A DNA stretch of 64,000 bases, taken from contig CAWBCJ010000001.1 of the NCBI GenBank assembly GCA_963787255.1, positions 64,001 to 128,000 of the forward strand, given 5' to 3'. Of this stretch, positions 21,925 to 33,516 are shown piece after piece (within the stretch, counting starts at the first letter, position 1; each line of letters begins with the position of its first letter). The stretch is from Methanobacteriota archaeon (lineage in GTDB: Archaea; Methanobacteriota; Methanobacteria; Methanobacteriales; Methanobacteriaceae). The position numbers and the translations under genes were made by a program. Below the pieces are notes generated by a model, which saw only the letters and a list, made by a program, of their open reading frames with translations, was not told the origin of the DNA and ran no database searches.

Positions 21925-22956
21925 ATGGACATATTTTTAATAGAGTTAATAGTGATTTTAATTGTTTCTTTAATCATAGTAATAAAATCAGCTGATATAT
22001 TTGTAGACAATTTAGTGGAAATAGGCGCTCTAGTTGGAATATCACAAATAATATTGGGTGTAACGGCATCAGCTATTGGGACATCTCTACCCGAATTTGG
22101 TTCTGCAATGATAGCTACTTTCACTGGTAGTGCAGATATAGGGGTTGGTGTTGTAATTGGATCAAATATATGGAACATTGCAGGTATATTAGGTATTACA
22201 GCAGCATTTACAGGAGTAATTAAGACCAGTCCTAAAGGATTATCTCGAGATGGGGCAGTAACACTTGCTACAGCATTAATTCTTATATTTTTCATGTTCT
22301 TCGGCGATATTGGTAAAATAGCAGCTATTGTTTTCATAATAGTCTATGCAATTTATCTAAGAGCATTAATAAAATCTCAAAAAGAAGAAACTGCTGAAAA
22401 TAACGAAAAACAGATTGAAAATGAACTCGAAAACAGTGAAAAACAAATTGAAAATGAGTCTAAAGTTAAAGAAGGTTCATTTCTATCTAAACTTAAAACT
22501 ATCAGTCCTAAAACCCTAATATGGACTTTAATAGGGCTTGCAGGGTTGATAGTTGGATGTAGACTATTAGTTTATAGTGGAGTAGAACTTGGAAAAATTT
22601 TGGGTATTCCTGAAATGATTATGGGACTCTTTACACTTGCAATAGGAACAAGCATACCTGAACTTGTTGTTACCTTTTCATCTGCTAGGAAAGGATTGCA
22701 CGATTTATCAATAGGAACTATATTAGGAAGTAACACCTTTAATATCATGATAGGTATTGGATTACCTGCTCTCTTTCTAAATATACCTGTAGAACCTCTT
22801 TCACTTGCATTTGATGCTCCAGTAATGATTTTTGTCACAATACTAGTGCTTCTACTAATAAAAAGAGGCATGAAACTTACTAGAGTTGATGGAATCATAT
22901 TAATGGCAACTTATGTTGCATATGCGGTTATAAGAATAGGATTTTTAGGGGGATAA
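21925..22956 (+). CDS. Calcium/sodium antiporter (CaCA family)
   Basis: Alpha repeats GTSLPE...GSNIWN and GTSIPE...GSNTFN. Confidence 0.93.
   Translation: MDIFLIELIVILIVSLIIVIKSADIFVDNLVEIGALVGISQIILGVTASAIGTSLPEFGSAMIATFTGSADIGVGVVIGSNIWNIAGILGITAAFTGVIKTSPKGLSRDGAVTLATALILIFFMFFGDIGKIAAIVFIIVYAIYLRALIKSQKEETAENNEKQIENELENSEKQIENESKVKEGSFLSKLKTISPKTLIWTLIGLAGLIVGCRLLVYSGVELGKILGIPEMIMGLFTLAIGTSIPELVVTFSSARKGLHDLSIGTILGSNTFNIMIGIGLPALFLNIPVEPLSLAFDAPVMIFVTILVLLLIKRGMKLTRVDGIILMATYVAYAVIRIGFLGG
22396..22461 (+). repeat. 33-bp in-frame tandem duplication in the CaCA central loop
   Basis: ENNEKQIENEL / ENSEKQIENES. Confidence 0.8.
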
Positions 22957-22960
22957 CTAG

Positions 22961-23416
22961 ATGTATGAGAAAATTTTAGTACCAACTACTGGCGAATATC
23001 TTGATGAAATAATTGAACATACTCTTGATTTAGTACATGGAAGACCAATGGAAGTTATTGGTCTTTATGTAGTAGATAATTCTGCACCTTTTTTAACTCC
23101 AAGTAAAGTAAAAGAAATGATGGTTACTGAGCTAAAAGAGAGAGGAAAAAAAGTTTTAGAAAGCATGGAACAGGAATTCCAAAAGATAAATAATAATGCT
23201 ATCAAGTTTAGACCAATGCTTGTTGAAGGGAATCCTGCTCATAAAATTGTTAAAATTGCTGAAAAAGAAAATATAGACGTTATAGTTATGGGTACTGGAA
23301 AAAGCAAAATAGATAAGAATTTACTTGGAAGCGTATCAGAAAAAGTAGTACATGCTGCTCCGTGTACAATACTATTGATAAGGTCAAAACACAAACCTTT
23401 AGAAGATATTGAATAG
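22961..23416 (+). CDS. Universal stress protein
   Basis: [32 protein letters not shown]. Confidence 0.92.
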   Translation: MYEKILVPTTGEYLDEIIEHTLDLVHGRPMEVIGLYVVDNSAPFLTPSKVKEMMVTELKERGKKVLESMEQEFQKINNNAIKFRPMLVEGNPAHKIVKIAEKENIDVIVMGTGKSKIDKNLLGSVSEKVVHAAPCTILLIRSKHKPLEDIE

Positions 23417-23419
23417 GTT

Positions 23420-23439
23420 TGTAGAATTAATATTCTACA
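23420..23439. terminator. Hairpin between convergent usp and cobQ
   Basis: TGTAGAAT-taat-ATTCTACA followed by T tracts. Confidence 0.5.
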
Positions 23440-23460
23440 TTTTCTTTTATTTTAAAAATT

Positions 23461-24979
23461 TTATTCAATAGATTTTTCAATAACCGATAAATCAACGTTA
23501 TCTTCAACTATTTCTGCCAGTCTATCAATTGAAAACTTCTTCAATGTTTCAAAGTTATCCTCACCGAATCCAAGAGCATCAAGACCATTTTGAACCCTTA
23601 AATAATCTGTAAACACTCTTCTAAACTTGAAATTATGGAATATGCCGTGTAAGTAAGTTCCTGAATTTAATCCATTCACTGCACCATCATATCCTGAGGC
23701 ATTATTTCCGCATCCTTTAATGATTTTAAATAGATGGTTTAGAATTTCCAAGAGTTGTTAAACCTTCATGAAGTTCGTATCCTTTAACAGAATCTCCTTT
23801 TAGAGTTTCGAACATTCCATTACCTAAAATTTCTGCTTTACTTTGAGTCACAATTTTTTCTATTTTTTCAAACTTTGTTTTAGTATCTAAAATGCCAATT
23901 CCTTCGACACTACCGTGTTTAGATTCTTTAAATGTTTTATCAATAATTTTAGTTCCAAGTATCTGGTATCCTCCGCAGATTCCAAAAATTGGGATTTCTT
24001 TTGATAATTGAAGGATTTCATCTGTAAATCCAGCTTCATTTAAAGCTATCATGTCGTTAACTGTATTTCTGGTTCCGGGAATCACTAAAGCATCCAATTT
24101 ACCCATCTCGTCTCCCATTTCAATTAGATTAATGCCCACGTCTGGTTCATATTCTAGAGGATCAATATCGGTGAAATTGGATATTCTGGGAAGTCTCATT
24201 ACTCCAATATTTATTTTCTCGTTTTTACTGTATTTTCGCTCTGAAAGAGATGCTGAATCTTCTTCAGGAAGCTTAAGGCTTTGGTCATAGGGCATGACAC
24301 CGAGAACAGGCACACCTACAATTTCTTCAATTTGACGAATTCCTGGAATTAATATGTCCAGATTTCCCCTGAATTTGTTGATTATAATTCCTTTTATCCT
24401 TTTTCTGTCCTTTTCATCTAACAATGCAAATGTACCGGCTATAGAAGCAAAAACACCGCCTCTGTCAATATCGGCCACTAAAATAACATCTGCGTCAGCT
24501 AAATGCGCTATTTTCATGTTGGCAAGGTCTTTATCCTTCATGTTAATTTCTGCGGGGGATCCTGCTCCTTCAATTACAATAATATCATATTCACTTTTTA
24601 AAGTATCTAAAGATTCTTTTATAGCTTTTAAAGCTTTTTCTCTAAAAGAAGTTTGATAATCATAGAAATTCATGTCATTAACGGGTTTTCCATGCACTAT
24701 CACCTGAGATATGAAGTCTTCTTTGGGTTTAAGTAAAATGGGATTCATGTGATAAGAAGGTTCGACCCCTGCTGCTTCTGCTTGTAAAACCTGAGCTATG
24801 GCAATTTCTGCGTTTTCATAAGTTGTATAAGAGTTCAAGGACATGTTTTGAGATTTAAAGGGTGCAACTTTATATCCTCTTTTTGAAAATATTCTGCAAA
24901 GTGCAGCAACAACAACACTCTTTCCAGCGTTTGATGATGTCCCTTGTACCATTATACATCTATTATTGTTAGAACTCAC
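23461..24979 (-). CDS. cobQ: Cobyric acid synthase (split by +1 frameshift near 23735)
   Basis: QGTSSNAGKS, PFKSQNMS, IEGAGSPAEIN, GICGGYQ, GYELH in 23726-24979; C-terminus GTYLHGIF...IDRLA in 23461-23751. Confidence 0.92.
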
Positions 24980-25226
24980 TGATTTGCCTCCGCTAAAATA
25001 AACAGTATTAGTTTCACTTAATCATTTACCTGAAATTAATGCTTAGATAATATATCTGTTACTATTCTTTAACTTAATAGATATTTTCATAAATTATAAC
25101 TAACATAATAAAAAAAATAGTGAATTATTATAATTCATTCAATGAAAAGATCCAGTAAAATTTATAGGCATACTGTAAAAATGATGTAATATTAACCATA
25201 ATTGAATCATTTTATGGAGGATTATC

Positions 25227-25481
25227 ATGATAAATAAAAAAGGTGAATTGCCAAAAACTGTTTTAAAGACAGAAAGCTTGTTTTATAACGAACTTAAAGA
25301 TTTTAAAGGTGAAAACGTTACAATTACAATGCTTAGCGGACATTTAATACATGCAAAGGTACTTGCCATCGAATTTAATGACTTAAATTTCATTATAGAA
25401 TATGCTGATGGAATTAAAGAAATGATAAGGGGCGGTTCAATTCAAAGTGTTAGGTTAGGATCTAAAATTGAAAAAGAATAA
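25227..25481 (+). CDS. Small Sm/LSm-fold-like protein
   Basis: GGAGG RBS; GENVTITMLSGHLIHAKVLAIEFNDLNFII (Sm1-like) and MIRGGSIQSV (Sm2-like). Confidence 0.55.
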   Translation: MINKKGELPKTVLKTESLFYNELKDFKGENVTITMLSGHLIHAKVLAIEFNDLNFIIEYADGIKEMIRGGSIQSVRLGSKIEKE

Positions 25482-25934
25482 TATAATACACTGCACTTAA
25501 TTTGGTAATATGGAATTACAGAGAATAGTAATGTCTACTGAAAATAAGTTATTTCATTTGCAAATTATTATTATAGCAGTTGAAAGATAAAAAACCAATA
25601 TTTTAGCCTAAGCTTCTAATTTTAAATCAATTTATCCTTTTTTATTTTTAAATTAAATTCTGCAGGTGTTTTTTACTAAAAAAAGTTATATAAATAATTC
25701 CACATCAAAAAATATTGATTTATAAAAGTATAAATATGCTATTAGTCATAATAATTAACTGAATAAAAATTTAAAATATTAAATTCATTTAATTTTAAGA
25801 AAAATATTTTTTAAAGAAGAAATAGAAAAGTAGATATTTATATATACCAATAGTATATATTAATAAATTTAATATTAAAAATAAAATGTTGATTTTTATT
25901 ACAAAAATGAATAAATAGGAGGTTGTCATGAATC

Positions 25935-27827
25935 ATGGCAAATCTAAATTCAGACTCAAATTCATTTAAATTAAGAACTTATGCGAGTTCAGGGGATATT
26001 AAAGTCCCAGAAAGAATAATTGACCAGATAATTGGCCAGGAAGAAGCAGTTGAAACCGTGAAAAAGGCTGCTGAACAAAGAAGAAATGTTCTATTAATTG
26101 GAGAGCCAGGTATTGGTAAATCAATGCTTGCAAAGGGAATGGCAGAACTGTTACCAGGAGAAGAACTTCAGGACATTCTTGTTTATCCTAACATAGAAGA
26201 TAATCACAATCCATTAATTGGAGTCATGCCTTGTGGCGAAGGTAAAAAAATAGTTGCAAACTATAAAGCTAAGGCGAAAGGGCAGGAAGAAAAGAAAAAT
26301 ATGTTCACAATGATCATTATAGCCGCTATTTTGATCGTTGGATTTGTAGTAAATCAAATATTAGCAGCTATTATAGCTGCAGGAATAGTCTTCCTTGCAC
26401 TTCAACAGATGAAGCCCCGAACTTCAATTATGGTTCCAAAACTTCTTGTAAATAACGAAAATAAAGTTATTGCTCCTTTTGTTGATGCAACAGGATCTCA
26501 TGCAGGTGCTCTTTTAGGTGATGTTAGACATGACCCTTACCAGTCAGGAGGACTAGGAACTCCTGCACACGAACGTGTTGAAGCTGGAATGATTCACAAG
26601 GCCAGTAAAGGTGTTTTATACGTCGATGAAATTGGTACCATGAAAATGAAGACCCAGCAGGAACTTTTAACAGCCATGCAGGAGAAAAAATACTCCATTA
26701 CAGGACAAAGCGAAACCAGCAGCGGTGCAATGGTAAGATCTCAAGAAGTTCCATGCGATTTCGTGCTTGTAGCTTCAGGAAACCTGCAAGTGCTTGAAGG
26801 AATGCACATTGCACTTAGATCTAGAATAAGAGGATACGGTTACGAAGTTTTCATGAAAGATTCAATGCCAGATACTCCTGAAAACAGAGATAAACTGGTC
26901 CAGTTCGTAGCTCAAGAAGTCAAAAAAGACGGTAGAATACCTCATTTTAGTAAAGAAGCCGTTGGTGAGATTATAAGAGAAGCTCAACGAAGATCTGGTA
27001 AAAAAGATTCATTAACATTAAAATTAAGAGATTTAGGCGGTCTTGTAAGGGCTGCTGGTGATATAGCTAAAGGTGAAGGTATTGAATCAGTTTCATTAGC
27101 GCATGTAATCAGCGCTAAAAAACTTGCAAGAACCTTAGAACAACAAATAGCAGATCGATACATCGGACAGAGAAAATTATACAAAGTATTTAAATCTGAA
27201 GGTGGCGAAGTAGGTACAGTAAACGGTCTTGCAATAATTGGAGATAGAAGCGGTATAATACTCCCAATAGTAGCCGAAGCTGCTCCCGCACAAAGTAAAG
27301 AAGAAGGTAGAATTATTGCTACTGGAAAACTGGGAGATATAGCTAAAGAAGCTGTTCAAAACGTCAGTGCTTTAATTAAAAAACACACTGGAACAGACAT
27401 ATCAAGTTACGACATACACATACAGTTCTTGCAATCATATGAAGGCGTTGAAGGAGATAGTGCAAGTGTTTCAGTTGCAACAGCAGTTGTTTCATCACTT
27501 GAAAACATCCCTGTTGACCAGTCAGTAGCACTTACAGGTTCGTTAAGCGTTAGAGGTGACGTTCTTCCGGTTGGAGGAGTTACAGGTAAAATTGAAGCTG
27601 CTGCAGAGTCAGGGATTAAAAAGGTTCTGATACCTGAATCAAACATGAACGACGTTTTAATAGAAGAGCGCTACAAAAATAAGATTGAAATTATTCCTGT
27701 AGCAACATTAAGTGACGTTCTTGAACATGCACTTGTGGGAAAAGGCAAAAAAAGTCTCATGAACAAGATGAAGAAGATCAGCGACATTGTACCAACAGGT
27801 ATTTTACAAACCCCTACAACTCACTAA
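25935..27827 (+). CDS. lonB: Archaeal ATP-dependent protease LonB
   Basis: [10 protein letters not shown] insertion, [22 protein letters not shown] catalytic Ser, [10 protein letters not shown]. Confidence 0.96.
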   Translation: MANLNSDSNSFKLRTYASSGDIKVPERIIDQIIGQEEAVETVKKAAEQRRNVLLIGEPGIGKSMLAKGMAELLPGEELQDILVYPNIEDNHNPLIGVMPCGEGKKIVANYKAKAKGQEEKKNMFTMIIIAAILIVGFVVNQILAAIIAAGIVFLALQQMKPRTSIMVPKLLVNNENKVIAPFVDATGSHAGALLGDVRHDPYQSGGLGTPAHERVEAGMIHKASKGVLYVDEIGTMKMKTQQELLTAMQEKKYSITGQSETSSGAMVRSQEVPCDFVLVASGNLQVLEGMHIALRSRIRGYGYEVFMKDSMPDTPENRDKLVQFVAQEVKKDGRIPHFSKEAVGEIIREAQRRSGKKDSLTLKLRDLGGLVRAAGDIAKGEGIESVSLAHVISAKKLARTLEQQIADRYIGQRKLYKVFKSEGGEVGTVNGLAIIGDRSGIILPIVAEAAPAQSKEEGRIIATGKLGDIAKEAVQNVSALIKKHTGTDISSYDIHIQFLQSYEGVEGDSASVSVATAVVSSLENIPVDQSVALTGSLSVRGDVLPVGGVTGKIEAAAESGIKKVLIPESNMNDVLIEERYKNKIEIIPVATLSDVLEHALVGKGKKSLMNKMKKISDIVPTGILQTPTTH

Positions 27828-27841
27828 TAGAAATTCAGTTT

Positions 27842-27867
27842 TTGAAAGGATTACTAATTCCTTTCAA
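27842..27867 (+). terminator. Stem-loop terminator after lonB
   Basis: TTGAAAGGA/TCCTTTCAA 9-bp stem followed by T-rich run. Confidence 0.55.
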
Positions 27868-28016
27868 TTTAATTTATTTTTGCTAATACTGTTTTATCAA
27901 AAATTTTTTAAATGTTTTAAATCTAATATGATACTATAATGACATTTTTTATATTATCATTATTCATTTCTTTAAAATTATAAATTTATATTATAAAATT
28001 AAAATAGGAAGATAAG

Positions 28017-29609
28017 ATGAAAAAATTAAAATTTTTTGAATTAGATCTCTCTGAAGAGATCAAAAAGGCCATTGCAGATATGGGTTTTGAAGAGGCAACC
28101 CCAATTCAATCACTAACCATTCCCCATATTTTAGATGGAAAAGACGTTACCGGACAGGCCCAAACAGGAACCGGAAAAACTGCAGCATTTGGAATTCCCA
28201 TTTTAGAAATGGTTGATCCTGAAAACAAAAAGCTACAGGCTGTTATTTTATGCCCAACAAGAGAGCTGGCCATTCAGGTGGCTGAAGAAATAAGAAAGCT
28301 TTCAAAATACATGAAAAAAATTAATGTTTTACCTATTTATGGTGGACAGCCTATAGAAAGACAGTTTAAGGCTCTTAAAAAAGGAGTTCAAATTATTATA
28401 GGTACTCCCGGCCGTGTGATGGATCACATGAGGCGAGGGACACTTAAAATGAATAATGTGAATATTATTGTTCTAGATGAAGCTGACGAAATGCTAGATA
28501 TGGGTTTCCGTGAAGATATAGAATTTGTACTTGAAGATATGCCTGAAGAAAGACAAACACTTCTTTTTTCTGCTACAATGTCTAAGCCCATTTTAAACTT
28601 AACCAAAAGATTCCAGGAAAATCCTGAATTTGTAAAAGTCGCTCCTCAGAAAATGAATGTACCTACTGAAATTCAGCAAATTTACTTTGAAGTTAAAGAA
28701 AAGACAAAGTTAGAGCTTCTTTCACGCGTAGTGGACATATATAACCCTAAATTATCCCTAGTATTTTGTAACACCAAACGTAGAGTTGATACCTTGGTAA
28801 CACATCTCCAGGTACGAGGATATCTTGCAGATGGACTTCATGGTGATATGACCCAAAAGCAGAGAGATCGGGTCATGGGAAAGTTCAGAAAAGCACAAAT
28901 AGAAATTCTTGTTGCAACTGATGTTGCTGCACGTGGAATAGACGTGGAGGACATTGAAGCAGTTTTTAATTACGATGTACCTAACGATGATGAATATTAC
29001 GTGCACAGAATAGGTAGAACAGGACGTGCCGGTAGAAAAGGACGTGCTTTCACATTTGTTTCAGGTAGGGAAATTTATCAACTTAGAGATATACAGAAAT
29101 TCACTAAAACAAAAATTGAACAGCACAGAATTCCTTCAATTGCAGACGTTGAAGAAATTAAGACAGATATATTCTTAGAAAAAATTAAATCCATAGTAAA
29201 TAACGCGGAATTAGGTAAATATATTCATCTAATTGAACAATTGATGGAAGAAGATTATACCTCAGTTGAAACTGCTGCAGCTCTTTTAAAAATAGTTATG
29301 AATAAAGAAACCCAAATAGAAAGTTCAAGTTCTGGTGCGGACTTTGGAGATACAGGAGCCAGCTCAGGAATGGTAAGGTTCTTTATGAATGTTGGAAGAA
29401 AACAAAGAATAAAGGCAAAAGACATAATTATAGCGGTTGATCAAAATACAGGGCTTTCAAGTCAGGTAATCGGTAAAATAGATGTTTTTGACAAGTTTTC
29501 TTTTATTGAAGTTCCTGAAGAAAGTGCTCAGAATTTCCTTTCCCGTATGGATAAAGGAAAAGTCAAGGGTAAAAGTGTTAATGTAGAGCCTGCAAACAAA
29601 AGGGAATAA
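28017..29609 (+). CDS. deaD: DEAD-box RNA helicase (DeaD/CshA type with DbpA RNA-binding domain)
   Basis: Q motif, AQTGTGKT, PTRELA, DEAD, SAT, HRIGRTGRAG and C-terminal RRM-like domain. Confidence 0.93.
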   Translation: MKKLKFFELDLSEEIKKAIADMGFEEATPIQSLTIPHILDGKDVTGQAQTGTGKTAAFGIPILEMVDPENKKLQAVILCPTRELAIQVAEEIRKLSKYMKKINVLPIYGGQPIERQFKALKKGVQIIIGTPGRVMDHMRRGTLKMNNVNIIVLDEADEMLDMGFREDIEFVLEDMPEERQTLLFSATMSKPILNLTKRFQENPEFVKVAPQKMNVPTEIQQIYFEVKEKTKLELLSRVVDIYNPKLSLVFCNTKRRVDTLVTHLQVRGYLADGLHGDMTQKQRDRVMGKFRKAQIEILVATDVAARGIDVEDIEAVFNYDVPNDDEYYVHRIGRTGRAGRKGRAFTFVSGREIYQLRDIQKFTKTKIEQHRIPSIADVEEIKTDIFLEKIKSIVNNAELGKYIHLIEQLMEEDYTSVETAAALLKIVMNKETQIESSSSGADFGDTGASSGMVRFFMNVGRKQRIKAKDIIIAVDQNTGLSSQVIGKIDVFDKFSFIEVPEESAQNFLSRMDKGKVKGKSVNVEPANKRE

Positions 29610-29675
29610 TTAATATTTCCTTTTTTTCTCATTATCTTTTTTTTTGAATTAATGATTTTTAGTAAATATTTTTTT

Positions 29676-30383
29676 TTATTTTGCTTTTCCATTTTGACAG
29701 AAATAAATACCCGGTTGCCCGGAATTCAGATTATTTTCTTTCCATACATCACAATTTATACATTTACATGTTTTGTCGGGATCAAGGTCGCTGCAAATAG
29801 CTTTTCCATTTGCACAGTACATTCCAGGGAAATCTGAAGGCTCAGGACTCATTCCCTTCATTGATATCTGCAGCATTTTCATCTTATTTTGAGCACATTC
29901 ACTTTCTTTTTGAACAGGACACTGCGGACAGAGACATCTCACCATGTTTTCTCTTTCAAACTTAATATCTGGACCAGTTTCTATTTTAGAATCTTTTGAA
30001 GACTTCTTTTGGGGAAGAAGTTCTTTATTTCGTTTGGTTATTAAAGTGCCGAGTGCGCCTCCGATAGTTCCAAGGATTCCCCAAATAATTATTGTTAGTA
30101 TGATTGCATTTAATCCTCCAACAGCTATTAATGCTTCTATTGTTCCACCAATAGATATAACCGTGATTATAGTTATAATTGCAAGTATGATGCTGCTGAT
30201 TATGCCAATAATGGCTCCATGGATGGCGCCGTTTTGAATATCTTCATTAACCATGTAGCCTACTACAATGCCTGCTAAGATTACTCCTAAATAGGAACCT
30301 ATTGTTCCTGTGATTGTTCCAAGCAGTATACCTAGTATAATTGCTAAAATAACGCCTAAAATTGTTGCTTTCCAGTTAAACAT
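29676..30383 (-). CDS. DUF5518 membrane domain fused to Cys-rich DUF2769 domain
   Basis: Gly-rich TMs (NGAIHGAIIG) then CLCPQCPV..C..YCANGK..CKCINC..YFC. Confidence 0.75.
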   Translation of the reverse strand: MFNWKATILGVILAIILGILLGTITGTIGSYLGVILAGIVVGYMVNEDIQNGAIHGAIIGIISSIILAIITIITVISIGGTIEALIAVGGLNAIILTIIIWGILGTIGGALGTLITKRNKELLPQKKSSKDSKIETGPDIKFERENMVRCLCPQCPVQKESECAQNKMKMLQISMKGMSPEPSDFPGMYCANGKAICSDLDPDKTCKCINCDVWKENNLNSGQPGIYFCQNGKAK

Positions 30384-30520
30384 GATATTTCACCATTTAA
30401 AAATATTTAGTATTCCTTTTTTTATAATTTTATTTTTTTTATTATTTAGTTGTTTTTTTAAATGCAATGGAATATGTTACTTAGGAATTTATTAATAGTA
30501 TTATTATTAATATTATTAAT

Positions 30521-31330
30521 ATGGAAAAGTACAAGGTAACTTGCGTAGAAGATAATAAAAATTTTGTAGCCACCGATGCATTTTTAAAGCTTAAAAAATC
30601 ATTTAAACAATTAAAAAACCGGAAAGGAAGAATAATACACGTAATAGGAGCTCCAGGAACTGGAAAATCAGCAAATATTTATCAAGCACAACAAGTTCTA
30701 GATTTAAACATATATAACACTAAAATGACACTAAAAAATAAAAAAATAAATCCAGAAGAAGTTTATACAGCACTTATAAATACAATGGAGCAAGATTTCG
30801 GCGTGAAAACAGAAGAAGAAGTATACAAAGAAATTTCAAAGTATGACACTATTTTATTTGCAGATGAACTACTCGATCCAGAAACATTAAACAAAGAAAA
30901 AATAGGACTAGGCCAATGGATACATGAAAATCGTTTAAAATCTATTTTTTTCTATTTTATACTCGTTTATAAATATTTAAAATATTTAAAAGAATTTAAA
31001 AAGGTAAATATTGTATTTCATACAACATGGACATTCATATTAAAAGAAACCAAATATGATTTATTAACTGATTTCAGTTTACTATCTTTAATATTTAAAA
31101 GTGTCTTAAAGCTATTTTTTGAAGTAATAGAAGTATCATACACCCCTTCAGAAACGATTAAAATAGTTAAAAGCTATTTTAAAGATATTAACGAAGAACA
31201 AATCAAAAGTTACATTAAAAAATATGGAAATAAGCCAAGATTAATACTTAATGCCCTAGAAAGCGATTTAAAACCATTAAAATCATATAATACCAATCTA
31301 ATTATCACAAACACTATCTTAAAAGTCTAA
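30521..31330 (+). CDS. Uncharacterised P-loop NTPase, paralog 1
   Basis: IIHVIGAPGTGKS Walker A, ILFADELLD Walker-B-like. Confidence 0.75.
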   Translation: MEKYKVTCVEDNKNFVATDAFLKLKKSFKQLKNRKGRIIHVIGAPGTGKSANIYQAQQVLDLNIYNTKMTLKNKKINPEEVYTALINTMEQDFGVKTEEEVYKEISKYDTILFADELLDPETLNKEKIGLGQWIHENRLKSIFFYFILVYKYLKYLKEFKKVNIVFHTTWTFILKETKYDLLTDFSLLSLIFKSVLKLFFEVIEVSYTPSETIKIVKSYFKDINEEQIKSYIKKYGNKPRLILNALESDLKPLKSYNTNLIITNTILKV

Positions 31331-31479
31331 AAAAAATAATAATATTACTCTAAGGTCATAGCCCCAAAACTTTTTTTTCTACATCTTTAATGCCCCAAAA
31401 AAAGGAGTTATAATCTCTTATTATTCAAAAAAAATAGTGAGAAAAAAATTAACATAATGTTAATCTTATAAATAATACT

Positions 31480-32292
31480 ATGGAAAATCAGGACCATAAA
31501 ATAATATCTTTAAAAGCCGATGAAGGTTTTGTTGTTACTGATTCATTTTTAAAACTTTTAAAAAAATTAAAAAGCCTAAAAAACACTAAAGGAAGAATAA
31601 TTTTAGTTATAGGTGCACCTGGAACTGGTAAATCATCTAATATTTATCATGCTCTCGATATTATTGATTTAAATTATTATGAACCAATTTTACTTTTAGA
31701 TAGTGTAAATAAAAGTTCAAAAGAAGTTTATATGGAGATTTATAATGTTCTAGGAAAAGATCTTCATGTGGAAAAAGAAGAGGAAGTATATAGAAAACTT
31801 TCAAATTTTGATGCGGTATTAGTTGCGGATAAATTTCTTGATTCCGAGTTTTTAGACAACAGTAAAGTAGGGCTTGCTGAATGGACCAACCATAAAACTA
31901 TATTAACTATTCCTTTCTTTTTTCTGTGGATAATTGAAGCTATAAGGCACCGAAAATTATTAAAAAACATAAATCTAGTTTTTCAAACTGCTTGGAGCAT
32001 CCAAATAAGGGGATTCAAATACGACTTAATAACAGACTTTGGTTTATTCTCTAAATTGATTTTAGGGATTTTAAAGAGGATATTTGAAGTTGTAGAAATA
32101 GCATACACCGAAGCTGAGATTATAGAAATAGTAAAAAGTCACAATAAAAATATTGATGAAAAAGAAATCAAAAGTTATATTAAAAAATATGGAAATAAAC
32201 CTAGATTTATTCTTGATGATTTAGAAAATAAATCATTAACATCAAAAACAAAAAAAATCAGTGATATGAACTTTAAATCACCAAATAAATAA
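31480..32292 (+). CDS. Uncharacterised P-loop NTPase, paralog 2
   Basis: IILVIGAPGTGKS, VLVADKFLD; colinear with paralog 1. Confidence 0.75.
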   Translation: MENQDHKIISLKADEGFVVTDSFLKLLKKLKSLKNTKGRIILVIGAPGTGKSSNIYHALDIIDLNYYEPILLLDSVNKSSKEVYMEIYNVLGKDLHVEKEEEVYRKLSNFDAVLVADKFLDSEFLDNSKVGLAEWTNHKTILTIPFFFLWIIEAIRHRKLLKNINLVFQTAWSIQIRGFKYDLITDFGLFSKLILGILKRIFEVVEIAYTEAEIIEIVKSHNKNIDEKEIKSYIKKYGNKPRFILDDLENKSLTSKTKKISDMNFKSPNK

Positions 32293-32328
32293 AAAAAGGT
32301 AAAGATCAGTATAAAAAATTTTTCAATT

Positions 32329-33195
32329 TTATTTGCTCTTTTTAAGTGCTTCAGCAACTAAGGGTGCCACCGAAATCATGCTAACATCGGATAGGAGTGT
32401 ATCAGTTGACACTACGTCATCTACGCCGGATGCAAATATTTTAAGCAGTGCATCCTCAACTAGTACTGGGTGGATGCATGATACAATTACCTTGGAAGCA
32501 CCGAGTTCATTTAAAATTCCTACAGCATTTATTATTGTACCGCCAGTGCTGATAATATCATCAATTATTACAGCTTCTTTTCCATTAACGTCTATATTTT
32601 TTGGTTTGGTTTCTACTATTTCCGGTGAAATTCTGGTTTTTTCAAGATAGTCATATTCACACCCCAAAATTTCAGCAATTTCTCTTGCAAATCCAAGTGC
32701 TCCTTTATCTGGAGCGACAATCACTGGATTATCCAGTGTTTTTTTGATGTGATTGGCAATAAGAGGCATGGCAGATAAGTTGTGTACTGGAATCTTAAAA
32801 AATTCGGTTATATTTTCTTCATGTAGATTTATGCAGAATATTTCATCTGCTCCTGAAACTTCCAGAAGTTCAGAAATTATAACAGCAGAAACTGCTTCAC
32901 CACTTTTAAAACGTCGTTCTTGCCGACCATAACCAAAATAAGGAATTACTACCTTAATTTTTTCAATGCCCATACTTTTTAAATTTTTAAGGATTAAAAA
33001 AAGTTCCATTAAGTTTTCATCTTGAGGATACCCTGTTGATTGAACAACAATTGCCTCGTTGTCAAGTTTACCCTTTATTCTGATGTATCTTTCGCCGTCA
33101 GGAAATCTTCTAGTTTCTATTGGGATTAAAGGACATTGCAGTTCTTTTGAAATCTTTGCAGCTAATTTTTGCGAAGCAGATCCACCTATTATCAA
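32329..33195 (-). CDS. prs: Ribose-phosphate pyrophosphokinase
   Basis: FPDGERYIR, PYFGYGRQE, APDKG, IIDDIISTGGT. Confidence 0.96.
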   Translation of the reverse strand: MIIGGSASQKLAAKISKELQCPLIPIETRRFPDGERYIRIKGKLDNEAIVVQSTGYPQDENLMELFLILKNLKSMGIEKIKVVIPYFGYGRQERRFKSGEAVSAVIISELLEVSGADEIFCINLHEENITEFFKIPVHNLSAMPLIANHIKKTLDNPVIVAPDKGALGFAREIAEILGCEYDYLEKTRISPEIVETKPKNIDVNGKEAVIIDDIISTGGTIINAVGILNELGASKVIVSCIHPVLVEDALLKIFASGVDDVVSTDTLLSDVSMISVAPLVAEALKKSK

Positions 33196-33516
33196 ATATA
33201 ATCACCTTTTAATTATTAACGTTATGAAAAATATATTTTTTTTATTAAATTTGAAATTAGTATAATAATAAGTTATAAAAGGACGCTGTGGTGCTTTATA
33301 ACCTATATTAATATGTTTTTATTTCAATATCTACTCCAATATTATATAATTCTATGTATTAATCCAATTTAATTACAAAATATTAATACACCCGTACCAA
33401 CAAGTTTGCTTCCCAAAAAAAACATATTTAATATATTATATAAAAATGGAACCAAGCAGCTTAATTTATATTCCATTCTATTATTGTATATTTTAACGGT
33501 ATTAACGTTCTCTTTT

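Noticed and set aside
23461-23751. Separate 96-aa gene
   Set aside because: It is the out-of-frame C-terminus of cobQ.
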